Source of the DNA: Myxococcota bacterium
GTDB taxonomy: Bacteria > Myxococcota_A > SURF-8
Direction: 5' to 3'
Length of the DNA stretch: 64,000 nucleotides
Assembly (NCBI GenBank): GCA_963674735.2
Contig: CAXXQS010000002.1
Span: forward strand, 2,016,001-2,080,000
Below are positions 8,953 through 19,095 of the stretch, piece after piece (the first letter of the stretch is position 1; each line of letters starts with the position of its first letter). The notes below the pieces were generated by a model. It searched no databases. It was not told the origin of the DNA and saw nothing but the letters and a program-made list of their open reading frames with translations. A program made the position numbers and the translations under genes.

Positions 8953-9612
8953 TTGGAGGAGGTCGCGTTGGGGCAGCAAAGCAGCTGGTTGCCGATTCCT
9001 TTCTGGCTTGCCGTCGTGATGTTTGTCGTGGGAATCGCCGTGGGGGTGGGGCTCGGCTATGCGTTCAGCGTGGGTTATCAAACCACGACCGTCGCTAAGC
9101 CCTGGGAAGACGACCGCGCCCGTGTGATGGTCCCGCAACAAGACGAGAACGCCAAGACCGTTCAGGCAAAGGCTCAAACTCCCAAGACGTCTCCGTCGAC
9201 CACGCGCGTCCGCCTCGATCCCGATGACAAGCGTCTGTTGTCCGGCATGATCAACGGGCCGGTCAAGCGCGCCCTGCTCGGGACGGTGAAGCATCTCGAT
9301 CCTTTTGTCACAACCTGTCGTACCGAGGCGGAAAAAACATTTAAAGTACGTCTCGATCCCCTGGCGGTGCATGTGGAACTGGAGGCCATCGGTGGGCTGG
9401 CTACCGTCACCCTGGTTGAAACGATTAACCGAAGTGAAGCCGATTTGGCTTTCCAGCAATGTCTGTTCAGTGCGGTTTCGAAAGTTCTGATCAATTTTCC
9501 GGTCGAGAATGGAAACTACGCGTTATTGCATGTGTTTTCGCAGACACCGTCGAACTCGAAACCGCCTGCCGAAAAGAAGGGGTCGGCACCCGCCCATCCT
9601 GCGCAGCCCTGA
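8953..9612 (+). CDS. Membrane-anchored hypothetical protein, possible AgmX/PglI C-terminal (TonB-C-like) domain
   Basis: One TM helix; C-terminal domain with two Cys and an FP..NG motif. Confidence 0.55.
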   Translation: MEEVALGQQSSWLPIPFWLAVVMFVVGIAVGVGLGYAFSVGYQTTTVAKPWEDDRARVMVPQQDENAKTVQAKAQTPKTSPSTTRVRLDPDDKRLLSGMINGPVKRALLGTVKHLDPFVTTCRTEAEKTFKVRLDPLAVHVELEAIGGLATVTLVETINRSEADLAFQQCLFSAVSKVLINFPVENGNYALLHVFSQTPSNSKPPAEKKGSAPAHPAQP

Positions 9613-9701
9613 TGACGCGTTCACGTGAGCGAGTTTTTCTCGGCTTTTTGCGAAAAACGAAACGAATAGCGAAAAAATCGATCAATCCGAAAGGGGATAG
9701 C

Positions 9702-10496
9702 ATGCAAGCGATGCAGCCGGGGACCGCTTTGAGCGCCATGCGTGAGAAGACACCGCTGGTTCACAATATCACCAATTACGTCGTGATGAATTCCACCGCC
9801 AATGCCTTGTTGGCAGCTGGGGCTGCGCCCGTGATGGCCCATGCCGTGGAAGAAATGCCGGATATGGTCGGGTTGGCCTCGGCCTTGGTTTTGAATATCG
9901 GCACCCTATCCCCCGCTTGGGTCGAGAGCATGCAGGTTGCGGGGAAGGCCGCAGCCGATCGCGGGATTCCGATTATTCTCGATCCCGTCGGGGCGGGGGC
10001 GACGCCCTATCGCACGCAAACGGCCAACGCTCTTCTATCCAGCCTGCCGTTGGCGGTTCTACGCGGCAATGCGTCGGAGATTCTGGCCTTGGCCGGAGCG
10101 GATGCGACCACCCGTGGCGTCGACAGCACCCAGGGATCGTCGGAAGCCCGCGAGGCGGCCGAAGCCATCGCCCGTGAACGTAACGTGACGGTCGTTGTGA
10201 CCGGGGTCACCGACTTTATCACCGATGGTCGCTGTAACCTGAACGTGCAGAACGGTCATCCGCTGATGAGCCGCGTGACCGGTACCGGTTGTGCCGCGAC
10301 CGCTTTGATCGCCGCTTTTTGCGCAGCTCAACCCGATTTCATGGTGGCGTCCGCTGCGGCTCTGGCCTTTTACGGATTGGCGGGCGAACGCGCTGCGGCC
10401 GTTTCGGGGGGACCGGGCACCTTCTGGCCTTCGTTGCTGGATGAGTTGTACCGGCTGACACCGCAAGAGTTGGATGCGGGAGCCAACATCGGCTGA
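9702..10496 (+). CDS. thiM: Hydroxyethylthiazole kinase
   Basis: PLVHNITNYV, LNIGTL, LDPVGAGAT, GNASEI, VTGTGC; SD ggggga before ATG 9702. Confidence 0.96.
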   Translation: MQAMQPGTALSAMREKTPLVHNITNYVVMNSTANALLAAGAAPVMAHAVEEMPDMVGLASALVLNIGTLSPAWVESMQVAGKAAADRGIPIILDPVGAGATPYRTQTANALLSSLPLAVLRGNASEILALAGADATTRGVDSTQGSSEAREAAEAIARERNVTVVVTGVTDFITDGRCNLNVQNGHPLMSRVTGTGCAATALIAAFCAAQPDFMVASAAALAFYGLAGERAAAVSGGPGTFWPSLLDELYRLTPQELDAGANIG

Positions 10497-10529
10497 GATT
10501 CCGGTGTTTTTGCGGGCGAAGGAGGATTC

Positions 10530-11177
10530 ATGCCGATGTCACCCATCGACTACCGGGTCTATCTTGTCACGGATCGCCGTTTGCTCAATGGCCGCCGGTT
10601 GGACGAGGTTGTCGAACAGGCCATATTGGGCGGAACCGGCATCGTGCAATTGCGCGAGAAACACGCGTCCGATACCGAGATTCTGGAATGGGGTGGGCGC
10701 TTGCGGGATCTGTGCCGTGCTCACGGTGCCTGTTTCATTCTCAACGACCGCCCCGACCTGGCTCGTGAGCTCGACGCCGACGGCGTGCATGTGGGGCAGT
10801 CGGACGCTTCGTATGCCGAGGCACGTCGCGTGTTGGGGTCCGAGCGAATCGTGGGAGTTTCGGTGAGCACGGTCGACGAGGCCCGTGCCGCCGAAATCGC
10901 CGGGGCCGACTATCTGGGTATCAGTCCGGTATTCGACACCCCCAGCAAAATCGATACGCCGACCGCCACCGGCTTGGAGGGCCTTCGTGATATCCGCCGG
11001 GCCGTCACGTTGCCGCTGGTCGGGATCGGCGGTGTGGATGCCTCCAATGCGGCTGCGGTCGTGGCTGCCGGAGCCGATGGTGTCGCGGTGATTCGTGCCA
11101 TCATGGGGGAGCCAAACCCGGCTACCGCCGCCCGGAATTTGCGACAAGCCGTGGGAGAAGGTCTGGCCCGCCGATGA
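10530..11177 (+). CDS. thiE: Thiamine phosphate synthase
   Basis: VQLREK, NDRPDLA..DADGVHVGQSD, GIGG, GVAVI. Confidence 0.96.
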   Translation: MPMSPIDYRVYLVTDRRLLNGRRLDEVVEQAILGGTGIVQLREKHASDTEILEWGGRLRDLCRAHGACFILNDRPDLARELDADGVHVGQSDASYAEARRVLGSERIVGVSVSTVDEARAAEIAGADYLGISPVFDTPSKIDTPTATGLEGLRDIRRAVTLPLVGIGGVDASNAAAVVAAGADGVAVIRAIMGEPNPATAARNLRQAVGEGLARR

Positions 11178-11289
11178 AAGGCATCCGCTTTACTTTCATT
11201 CGAAAATGAGTCAATATGGCCGTGCAATAGGCGGAATTACCCGTGTCTGCAGGCTATCCATAAACGACAAAGGGAGGACACGAAGCGTT

Positions 11290-12042
11290 ATGGCGTTATC
11301 GATCGATGTGGTGTTTTCGCCAACCGAACCTCTGTCTGAGCGGGATGCCTGGCTGGTGGTGGACATTCTGCGCGCCACCACCGTCATCACCACCTTTTTC
11401 GAGTGCGGGGGGCGGCGCTTGATGCCGGTGGACAGCGTTGAGCGAGCATGGACTTTGAAGAAGCAGGTGGCGGATCGATGGCTGATGGGCGAACGCGACG
11501 CATTGTTGATCGACGGCTTTGACTGGGGTAATTCGCCGCTAGGGTTGAAAGAGGCGGGGCTGGCGAGCAAGCCCGCGGCGGTCATGACGACATCGAATGG
11601 CACCCACGCTTTGTTGGTCGCGCATCGACACGCGGTGCCGGTCTATGCCGCCTGCGCCCGAAATGCCGAAGCAGCCGTTCAGGCTGCCTGTGAACAGGGC
11701 TCGCGCATCGGCATTCTATCGGCCGGGCGTCATCGGCGTGCGGCGTTGGACGATACGGCCTGCTGCGGGGCGTTGGTGGAACGGGCGCTGGCCATCGATG
11801 CAACGGCGGAGTTGTCCGACGGGGCGCGTATGGCGTTGATGGTTTGGCAGCGTTATCGGGGTGATTTGCGGCAGGCGTTGAGCGAATCGGAACACGGCCG
11901 CTATCTGCAAAACAATTTGGGATTGAACGACGATTTGGCCTTCTGTGCGGAGTTGGATGTGTCTCGGTATGTGGCGCGTTTGTCCGACGGCGCGGAGGGC
12001 CCGGAATTTTTGGAGAATGACGTGTGGGTCGGGTCGGATTGA
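11290..12042 (+). CDS. comB: 2-phosphosulfolactate phosphatase (ComB family)
   Basis: VVDILRATT, GER, GNSP, TTSNGT motifs; SD ggagga. Confidence 0.88.
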   Translation: MALSIDVVFSPTEPLSERDAWLVVDILRATTVITTFFECGGRRLMPVDSVERAWTLKKQVADRWLMGERDALLIDGFDWGNSPLGLKEAGLASKPAAVMTTSNGTHALLVAHRHAVPVYAACARNAEAAVQAACEQGSRIGILSAGRHRRAALDDTACCGALVERALAIDATAELSDGARMALMVWQRYRGDLRQALSESEHGRYLQNNLGLNDDLAFCAELDVSRYVARLSDGAEGPEFLENDVWVGSD

Positions 12043-12055
12043 GGGAGAGGATGCG

Positions 12056-12697
12056 ATGACGCTTGCAACCGTCGAACGGGTTTTGGTGTTGGCTTCATTT
12101 CTGTTGCTGGGAGTTTACCATCTGCATTTATCGATTAAAACGCGCTGGTCGCCGCGCTCCACCGCCATCGGTATGACCAACCACCTGCGCCGGGTATGGG
12201 TGGCGGAGGTCATGGGTGGCAATAAGAGTGTGCTGGCCATTCAGACTTTTCGCAACTGGATCATGAGTGCGTCGTTCATGGCCTCGACGGCGGTGTTGTT
12301 GAGTTTGGCCATGTTGCATGCGTCGGCCCAAGCCGATGAAAGCCTGAATTTCTTTAAAAGTCTTACCATCTTTCATTTTCAAGATGGTTTGAGCTGGCAG
12401 CTCAAATGGCTGGTGTTGGCGGTGGACTTTTTCTTCGCCTTTTTCAATTTCTCGCTGGCGATCCGCTACTACAACCACGCAAGTTTCATGATTACCCTGA
12501 AGGAGCACGCCGACCCCGACGCCGCCCCCCAGGCGGTGGCGCATACACTCAACCTGGGAGCGGTTCACAACACACTGGGCATGCGCGGCTACTATCTTTC
12601 GGTGCCGTTCACCTTGTGGCTCATCAGCCCGATCCTGCTGTTTTTCGGCACCGTCGTGCTGCTACTGATCCTCTTCAAACTCGACCGCACGGTATAG
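12056..12697 (+). CDS. DUF599 family membrane protein
   Basis: AIQTFRNWIMSASFMAST, AIRYYNH, GMRGYY motifs. Confidence 0.85.
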   Translation: MTLATVERVLVLASFLLLGVYHLHLSIKTRWSPRSTAIGMTNHLRRVWVAEVMGGNKSVLAIQTFRNWIMSASFMASTAVLLSLAMLHASAQADESLNFFKSLTIFHFQDGLSWQLKWLVLAVDFFFAFFNFSLAIRYYNHASFMITLKEHADPDAAPQAVAHTLNLGAVHNTLGMRGYYLSVPFTLWLISPILLFFGTVVLLLILFKLDRTV

Positions 12698-12714
12698 GTG
12701 GATCGAGTTCTCCG

Positions 12715-15399
12715 CTATTTCGGTGCCGGTGTCAACTGCAGTTTGCCGATGAGGGAAACCGGCGGAGCATCATCGAGCAGCGACACGGGCCACAAGCGGC
12801 CGTTGCGCCAGTCGTCGAAGGCATTGCCGTAGTGCTCTGTATCGGCCCAGCCCGATTGCCCCACATCGACCACCAGCCCGGAGTGTGCCGGATCGCCGAA
12901 ATCGATCACATGCCGCAACACGGGACCATAGGTGACCGCCTCGCCCAGATTGTCTTGCGGCAAGCCTCCGGCCGCCCAGACCGTTCCACGCGCGCCCGGA
13001 TGCTGGACCGGACCGAGGTTGAAGGTGGACCGTAAGGCGTCCACCGAGCCAAAGGGATGCGGAACCTCCAGCGTGTGCAGCCGTCCCCAGTGCCAGTTGT
13101 TCATATCGGCACCGAGTACCTGGGTCAACTCGGCAATGGCGGTTTTAAAGGCCGCCACCATAATTTCGTCGCGCGATTCCCAGTCGGGGGTGTCCTTGCG
13201 ATCGAATACACGCCCCTTGGGGTAGGTGATCCACAGATGGTCGAAAAAGCCGTAAAGCCACGGAATTCCGGTAATGAGTCGGTAGAGTTCCGGCGATAAA
13301 TCGTCTTTGAGGGTGGATTCCCAGACGTGCCGATAGGTGGAGAAAAAAATCGACGCCCCCACGCTGTCGACATCCGCTTGGCGGTCCCAGCTTTTCAATC
13401 GCTCCAAGGCTGCTTGGGTTTGGCTGTCAAACGACTGTTGATCGAGGGCCATGAGCAGGGTCGGCAAGAGCACGTCTGCCTGTCCCACGTAGACATCGGT
13501 TTGCAAGCGACGGATTTCCTCGGCCGTCCATTTCGTTTGGGCTTTGAGCGCCTGTACGATTCGGGCGGAGCGATAGCCCGGCATGCAGTCCAGCGAGAAA
13601 GGATACGGATAATCGTTGGGTGGAACGACCTTGTTGTTGGCGGTAACAATCATGCCGGAGGGTGGATCGACCAGTTGCGGCAGCATGTCGTAGGGGATCA
13701 TGCCGTCCCACTCGTAGCGGCCGTTCCAGCCGGGCACGGGTTCGGTGCCGTCCCAACCCACTCGGCGCGGGACCAGACCGGCAGGAAAGTAGGCGATGTG
13801 GCCTTGGTCGTCGGCGGCCAGCCAGTTTTGCACCGGTACGGTCCAGCTCTGAAAGGCTTTCATGAAGTCCGCCACGCTGTCTGCGCGCGCCAGCGACAGC
13901 AGCGAGTGCAGGTCTCCCGCCGCACCGTCCATGGTGGTTTTGAGCGCCAGCAGCGGTTCCTTGTTCTCCATCCCAGGTACGATATCGTTGAGCACCACGC
14001 CGTGTCGGGTGAGGCGCAGAGTCAGGGGATGGCGGGTGACAGTTCCGTCTTCTTGATGTTCAAGCAGGGCGTCTTCGATCACCGTAAAGGGTTCGGAGCC
14101 CGTGGGAGTGAGATAGCGTGTCGGGTCTTTGGGGTCGAGCTTCTCCAGGTAGATATCTTGCGTGTCGGCGAAGGTGGTGGTGGCGGCCCAGGCCAACCGG
14201 CGATTATGACCCAAAACGATCACCGGCGTACCCGGCATGGTGACGCCGAGGACATCCAGATCGGGGCCCTTGAGATGCATGGCATAGAAAGCACCGGGCA
14301 TCATGTGGGTGAGATGCGGGTCGTTGGCCAATAACGCTTTGCCGCTGTGCGTGCGCGAGGGAGCCAGCACCCAATTGTTGGACGCATCGGGAGCCAGCAA
14401 AAAGCCGGTGGCGGCCCGGACATCGAGAAAGGCCGCCAGAACACGGTGGGCGGGATTGGCGTTGATGTCGAGTGATCCGCGTGGGCTGCTTGGTTGGATC
14501 GGTGGAGCGGTGGGCGGTGGCGGTGTCCGCGGATCTTGCGGCTTTGCATCTGGAACGGCTTTTTCCAACTCACGCGATGGGCCGGGGGTTGCCGCGCCGG
14601 ATGCGCCGGAATCGGCGGTTACTCGCCACATGGCGTGACCGTCCGGACCTTTTTCCAACAACTGGCGGTAATCCTTGTCGTTACGCGTGATGATGTACGG
14701 GCCCGGATGGTCGAAAGGCGGGAACATCTCCGCCAGTGCGTCGCCGCCCAGTTCTTGGCGGATCAGAAAGCGCATCAATTCCTGAGCCATGTTGGCCGAG
14801 ATACCCCAGCCCTGCAATCGCGCCACCGTCATCACGTCCGTGAGCGTCCAGGGACGCGGGGTGTGGTGCAGCAGGCGAAATTCAAGGGGTTGCGGACCTT
14901 GCTCGATGTAACGGTTGATGCCTGCCACGTAAGCTTGCCCGATGGTCCGGTCTTCCGCGCTCATGGCCTGAAGTATCGCCTCGGCATGGCGGTGCAGGCC
15001 GATCACGCGAAACCAGCGGTCCACCGCCAGGGTATCTTTGAAAGGGGAGGCCGGATCGTCGGGCTGGTTGCCGAACAATTCCGACAAGCGTCCCGCTCCC
15101 ACACGGCGTAACAGTTCCATTTGAAACAGCCGTTCGCGTGCGTGAAGAAAACCGACCGTGAAAAACAGGTCGGCCTCGGTCTCAGCCGTGATGTGGGGAA
15201 TGGCATGGCTGTCGAAGGCCACCTCTACCGGTTGCGAAAGGCCATCGAGCTGAAGCTTGCCGTTGTAGCGTGGCGCATTGGGGCTGAGCTTGTAGTCCAG
15301 TAGTCGTAACGCGTCGCAGCCGTTGCCGAAAAGGACAACCAAGGCAAGGAGTCCGAACAGGCATAAATGGGGAAGTCGGTATTGCGGATGGTCAGTCAT
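12715..15399 (-). CDS. Penicillin acylase / Ntn-hydrolase family lipoprotein
   Basis: Lipobox GNGC, HARERLFQME, catalytic SNNW, LLANDPHL; start overlaps the upstream stop codon. Confidence 0.93.
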   Translation of the reverse strand: MTDHPQYRLPHLCLFGLLALVVLFGNGCDALRLLDYKLSPNAPRYNGKLQLDGLSQPVEVAFDSHAIPHITAETEADLFFTVGFLHARERLFQMELLRRVGAGRLSELFGNQPDDPASPFKDTLAVDRWFRVIGLHRHAEAILQAMSAEDRTIGQAYVAGINRYIEQGPQPLEFRLLHHTPRPWTLTDVMTVARLQGWGISANMAQELMRFLIRQELGGDALAEMFPPFDHPGPYIITRNDKDYRQLLEKGPDGHAMWRVTADSGASGAATPGPSRELEKAVPDAKPQDPRTPPPPTAPPIQPSSPRGSLDINANPAHRVLAAFLDVRAATGFLLAPDASNNWVLAPSRTHSGKALLANDPHLTHMMPGAFYAMHLKGPDLDVLGVTMPGTPVIVLGHNRRLAWAATTTFADTQDIYLEKLDPKDPTRYLTPTGSEPFTVIEDALLEHQEDGTVTRHPLTLRLTRHGVVLNDIVPGMENKEPLLALKTTMDGAAGDLHSLLSLARADSVADFMKAFQSWTVPVQNWLAADDQGHIAYFPAGLVPRRVGWDGTEPVPGWNGRYEWDGMIPYDMLPQLVDPPSGMIVTANNKVVPPNDYPYPFSLDCMPGYRSARIVQALKAQTKWTAEEIRRLQTDVYVGQADVLLPTLLMALDQQSFDSQTQAALERLKSWDRQADVDSVGASIFFSTYRHVWESTLKDDLSPELYRLITGIPWLYGFFDHLWITYPKGRVFDRKDTPDWESRDEIMVAAFKTAIAELTQVLGADMNNWHWGRLHTLEVPHPFGSVDALRSTFNLGPVQHPGARGTVWAAGGLPQDNLGEAVTYGPVLRHVIDFGDPAHSGLVVDVGQSGWADTEHYGNAFDDWRNGRLWPVSLLDDAPPVSLIGKLQLTPAPK

Positions 15400-17608
15400 C
15401 GCTTTCTCCTTCGGCAGCGGTGCCGTGGACACGCGGGGCTAAGCGCGTAATCGAAAAACGGGTGAGCGGAACCTGCGCGCCGTACTCGCTGGGCCAGTTG
15501 TAGGGGCGCGTTCGCCAGTTCCATTCTTCCAGCACTGGCTGGTTACGGGTGATCCAATCGCCATCGTCTTCGCCGGACAGGTGCGCGTCAAGTCCGCGGT
15601 AGAACAGCACGCAGTCGGCTTCGATGTCCAGCTTGCGTAGCTGATCGAGTACCGGGATGTGTTCCAGGGGACGGACCACGGCGCGTTCGCGGTCGCCGCC
15701 GAATAGGACCAGGTGCCGGTCGCGGTGGCCCGCCGCGCGTTTGGGGGCGGACATGGCGGTGAACAGGCAATGGGGATAGCGTGCGGTGAGGTCGAGCAGA
15801 TGCCGGACTTCGACCTGCACGCTGCGTGCGTGCAGCGACGGCCCCTGCCAGTAGTCCAGGCGGTCCTGCCAATAAAACGGCGCATCGGTTCCCAGCGGCA
15901 GGGGAACGAACAGCAGCAGACCGACGAGAATCGTTGCGAAACGCCGCTGCTGTTTCCACGTTGCCGGAATCATCGGAAGCAGTTCGCGCCAACCAAACAA
16001 TGCCAGCAACAGCACCAGGGGCATCAGCGCCGTCGAATGGCGCACCAAGACCAGAAAGACGTCCACCCGCGCCACGATGTAAAGCTTGAATAACAGCAGC
16101 GTGCCCAAAGCGGCGACGAGTGCGGGCCCGCCCCGGCGCAAGGTTGTCAGACATCCGAAGATGGCCAGAAAAACGAGTCCGGGAGGCAAAATGTGTCCCC
16201 AATAGCCGATCATGCTGAGCACAAAGGGCTCCAGCGGGTCGGGCACTCCAGACAGCCACCCCGCGTGCAAAGCTGCCGGGAGCGGCGCGGCTTCGATCCC
16301 TTCAACCAGGAGCTGACTCATCGATAACGCGGTTCCGCCCGGAAGCCAGGATAAAACCGGGGCCGCAAAATTGTGGAAGGCTTTGGCGTTGTAGCCCAGC
16401 CAATGGTGGTTGCCCAGTTGGGACTCGCCCGAAACGGCGACGGCGTAGAACGTCAGTCCCAGCGCGGCCAGCGCGATCAACAGTTTGCTTCCGGACGGCG
16501 TGGACGGTTTGCCCGCCAACCAGGTGTGGCGCTTTTCCAGCCCCAGCCAGCCTAAAGCCAGCAGGCCCGGGATGGCATACTCGTAGCGCAAAAGTCCGGC
16601 AAAGACCGTGGCCATGAGCATCAGTATCCAGGCGCGGCGCGGAAAACGCCGGTCTGTGGCTTGATACAAACCGAAGGTCGCCGTGCCCAGGAGAAATAAG
16701 AAGGTGACCAGCGTCGCGGATAACTCGGAGTGGGCGGCGTTGTACATGGGCCAGTTCACGAAAAACCAACCGACAAACAAAAGCGCCCAGGGACTCCGGC
16801 CGATGAGCCGCCAGGCGATGCCCAAAAACAGCAAGGCGTTGACGACGGCGAGGATCAGGTTGGCCGTCGCCACCCGCCGTACATCGCCGCGACCGCCGCC
16901 GGATAGCGCGGATACCCAGATCCGAAATCCCTGGGCGGCATGGACGCCTTCACCGTAAAGATGCTTGATGTTCTGTTCGGTATTGCCTTCATGCATCACC
17001 GTCACCCGCTGCGCCAACTGAGTGGGCAAATCGAACACGACGGCGGCGGCGATGAGAGCGAAAAGCGCCAACACGATCGCAAGAGCCAACGATCGCGCCC
17101 AGGGAAAGCGAATCAGCAGCGCGCGACCGACGGATAGCACCACCGCCAGGAAAACGAGCGCCAAAGCCAGCAGCGCGATGAGGTGCGTTTTCGATACCAG
17201 AACGCTGGTAAGGCTGCGCTTGGGTTGGGAAATCTTTTTCAACGCCGGAAGAGCGTCGCCCTTTGTTTCGAGTTTGCGGATGTGATTCGTGACGGCGGTG
17301 AGCAACGCTATCGACGGTACGGAACCGGGAGCCGGTTGCACGCAGTAAAGGCGTGTGCTCAAAGGGCAATCGGTTTGGCGACGATAGGTGATTTCCACCG
17401 TTACGGCCGGATCGGGGTCGAAGGTCAGACGGATGAATTCGGGGTGACGTTGAATGCTGCGCAGGGTCCACTCACCGATGGATTCACCGACGTTCCAGGC
17501 TAGGGCGTCGTTCGACGGCACGGCGGGTTCGGGCTGCGCGGCGAGACCGACCGGGATTAAAAGCAGTCCCAGCGCCAGAACGAGCAGGATGCAGCTTCGG
17601 TTCATCAT
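15392..17608 (-). CDS. Large polytopic membrane protein, possibly GT-C-like glycosyltransferase
   Basis: Signal peptide, small soluble domain, more than 10 TM segments; coupled to the flippase by an ATGA-type overlap. Confidence 0.6.
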   Translation of the reverse strand: MMNRSCILLVLALGLLLIPVGLAAQPEPAVPSNDALAWNVGESIGEWTLRSIQRHPEFIRLTFDPDPAVTVEITYRRQTDCPLSTRLYCVQPAPGSVPSIALLTAVTNHIRKLETKGDALPALKKISQPKRSLTSVLVSKTHLIALLALALVFLAVVLSVGRALLIRFPWARSLALAIVLALFALIAAAVVFDLPTQLAQRVTVMHEGNTEQNIKHLYGEGVHAAQGFRIWVSALSGGGRGDVRRVATANLILAVVNALLFLGIAWRLIGRSPWALLFVGWFFVNWPMYNAAHSELSATLVTFLFLLGTATFGLYQATDRRFPRRAWILMLMATVFAGLLRYEYAIPGLLALGWLGLEKRHTWLAGKPSTPSGSKLLIALAALGLTFYAVAVSGESQLGNHHWLGYNAKAFHNFAAPVLSWLPGGTALSMSQLLVEGIEAAPLPAALHAGWLSGVPDPLEPFVLSMIGYWGHILPPGLVFLAIFGCLTTLRRGGPALVAALGTLLLFKLYIVARVDVFLVLVRHSTALMPLVLLLALFGWRELLPMIPATWKQQRRFATILVGLLLFVPLPLGTDAPFYWQDRLDYWQGPSLHARSVQVEVRHLLDLTARYPHCLFTAMSAPKRAAGHRDRHLVLFGGDRERAVVRPLEHIPVLDQLRKLDIEADCVLFYRGLDAHLSGEDDGDWITRNQPVLEEWNWRTRPYNWPSEYGAQVPLTRFSITRLAPRVHGTAAEGESDD

Positions 17609-19095
17609 GGCGTTCCCGCTTGCTTTCGGGTGACGCGATTCCACAGTTCACGCAGCTTGCGTTTTTCATCCTCGCCGTAAAAACGCAGGGGGACAAGCAA
17701 GGCCGGATAAGTGAGCACGATGGCTGTTTTGGCCAGCAAATTCAAGATATGCGAACCGGTTTCGATCGACCCGGCGGCAGCGGCGCAGACGAAGGCGGCC
17801 ACGGCAAGCTTGGTGATGCGGCCGACCTGGTAGGTGACGGGGAACAGACGCTGGGAAACGAAATAAGCCGAAGCGGCCATGAAGGTATAGGCCCCCAACA
17901 ACCCGGCCACGGCGCCCCAGGTGCCGATGATGGGAATGAGAGTGATGTTGAGCCCGGCATTGATCAGCAAGGTGAAGAGAATGATCAGCAGTCGCCAATG
18001 GGTTTTGTTGGTGATGTCGATGCCGAAACAGAACACACGGTAGGCTCCGAAAATCGCCCAGCTCAACCCGATGGCTCCCACATACAGCGTGGCATCCTGG
18101 TAACGCGCGTCGACCAGAATGGCCAGAGTGTCGCCGATCAGCGCCGCCAGTCCGATGCAGGCGAACAAGGCCACGAAAACGAAATAGGTGAGGACGTTTC
18201 CGTAAATGCGGTCGGCCTGCGGATCGGAGGCCAGCTTGTATTTCATGGGCGCCCAGGTCATGTCGAAGGGTGTAACCACCAGCAGGTTGATGGCCGAGCC
18301 GAACTGCAGCGCCAGGGAGAAAATCCCCACCTCGGCCAAGGTGCCGAAGGTCTTGAGAAAGTACAGATTGGACGATCCGATCAGGTAGCCCGCCACGTTG
18401 GCGGGCATCAGCGGCAGTCCGAACCTGAGCACCTTGCGCAGAATGTCCCGATCGAGTTGACCGATGGCCTGGCGCGCCACCACCGGTGTGAGAGTAAGCG
18501 CCACCGCCAGTTGGCTGAACAGCGCGGCCAGCAGGACGCCGAACACCCCCCAGCCGATGTGCACCACAAACAGGATATTCAACCCCAAAGACAAGGCGAG
18601 TTGCAGAACCGACAACAGGGCGTACAACCCCGAACGTTCCTCGGCGCGCAGGTAGGCCAGAAAAAACGTCGATACGCCGCCTGCCAGCATGGTTCCTGCC
18701 GCCACGCGGAACAACCGGGCCTCCTCGGCGCTGTCGAGCAGCCATTCGGCCATGAACGGCGCGGCGGCAAACAAGGCCATTCCGCCCAAGGCCAACGGTA
18801 CGGTCAGACAGATGAAGCAGGTGGCCACGATCTGGCGTTTCTTATCTTCGGCGGCGAGTTGATAGAAAAAGCGGTAGAAGGCTTCCACCACGCCCAGCGA
18901 ACCCACAATCGTGAGGATCTGCAGGGTAATGCTCACCAGCCGCAGGCGGCCGTAACCCTCGGGGGGGATGTAGCGCGTGTAGAGCGGCGTGAGCAACAGC
19001 GCCAGTGCGCTCGTGCCCACAAAACCCAGTCCATAGATGAGCGTATGGCGCAGGATGCGTTTCATGTGGCCACTCATGGTGGTCGGTTCAGCCAC
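17605..19095 (-). CDS. wzx: Wzx-type oligosaccharide flippase
   Basis: LLTPLYTRYI.PEGYG, LRFGLPL, EVGIFSLA; about 12-14 TM segments. Confidence 0.88.
   Translation of the reverse strand: MAEPTTMSGHMKRILRHTLIYGLGFVGTSALALLLTPLYTRYIPPEGYGRLRLVSITLQILTIVGSLGVVEAFYRFFYQLAAEDKKRQIVATCFICLTVPLALGGMALFAAAPFMAEWLLDSAEEARLFRVAAGTMLAGGVSTFFLAYLRAEERSGLYALLSVLQLALSLGLNILFVVHIGWGVFGVLLAALFSQLAVALTLTPVVARQAIGQLDRDILRKVLRFGLPLMPANVAGYLIGSSNLYFLKTFGTLAEVGIFSLALQFGSAINLLVVTPFDMTWAPMKYKLASDPQADRIYGNVLTYFVFVALFACIGLAALIGDTLAILVDARYQDATLYVGAIGLSWAIFGAYRVFCFGIDITNKTHWRLLIILFTLLINAGLNITLIPIIGTWGAVAGLLGAYTFMAASAYFVSQRLFPVTYQVGRITKLAVAAFVCAAAAGSIETGSHILNLLAKTAIVLTYPALLVPLRFYGEDEKRKLRELWNRVTRKQAGTP

Noticed and set aside
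10477-10527. TPP-riboswitch-like text gggagcc...ggctgaga...gcgaagga between thiM and thiE
   Set aside because: It lacks the ACCC/ACCTGA core and the P4-P5 helices, and overlaps thiM coding sequence and the thiE SD; most likely chance. No TPP riboswitch is visible upstream of thiM either.
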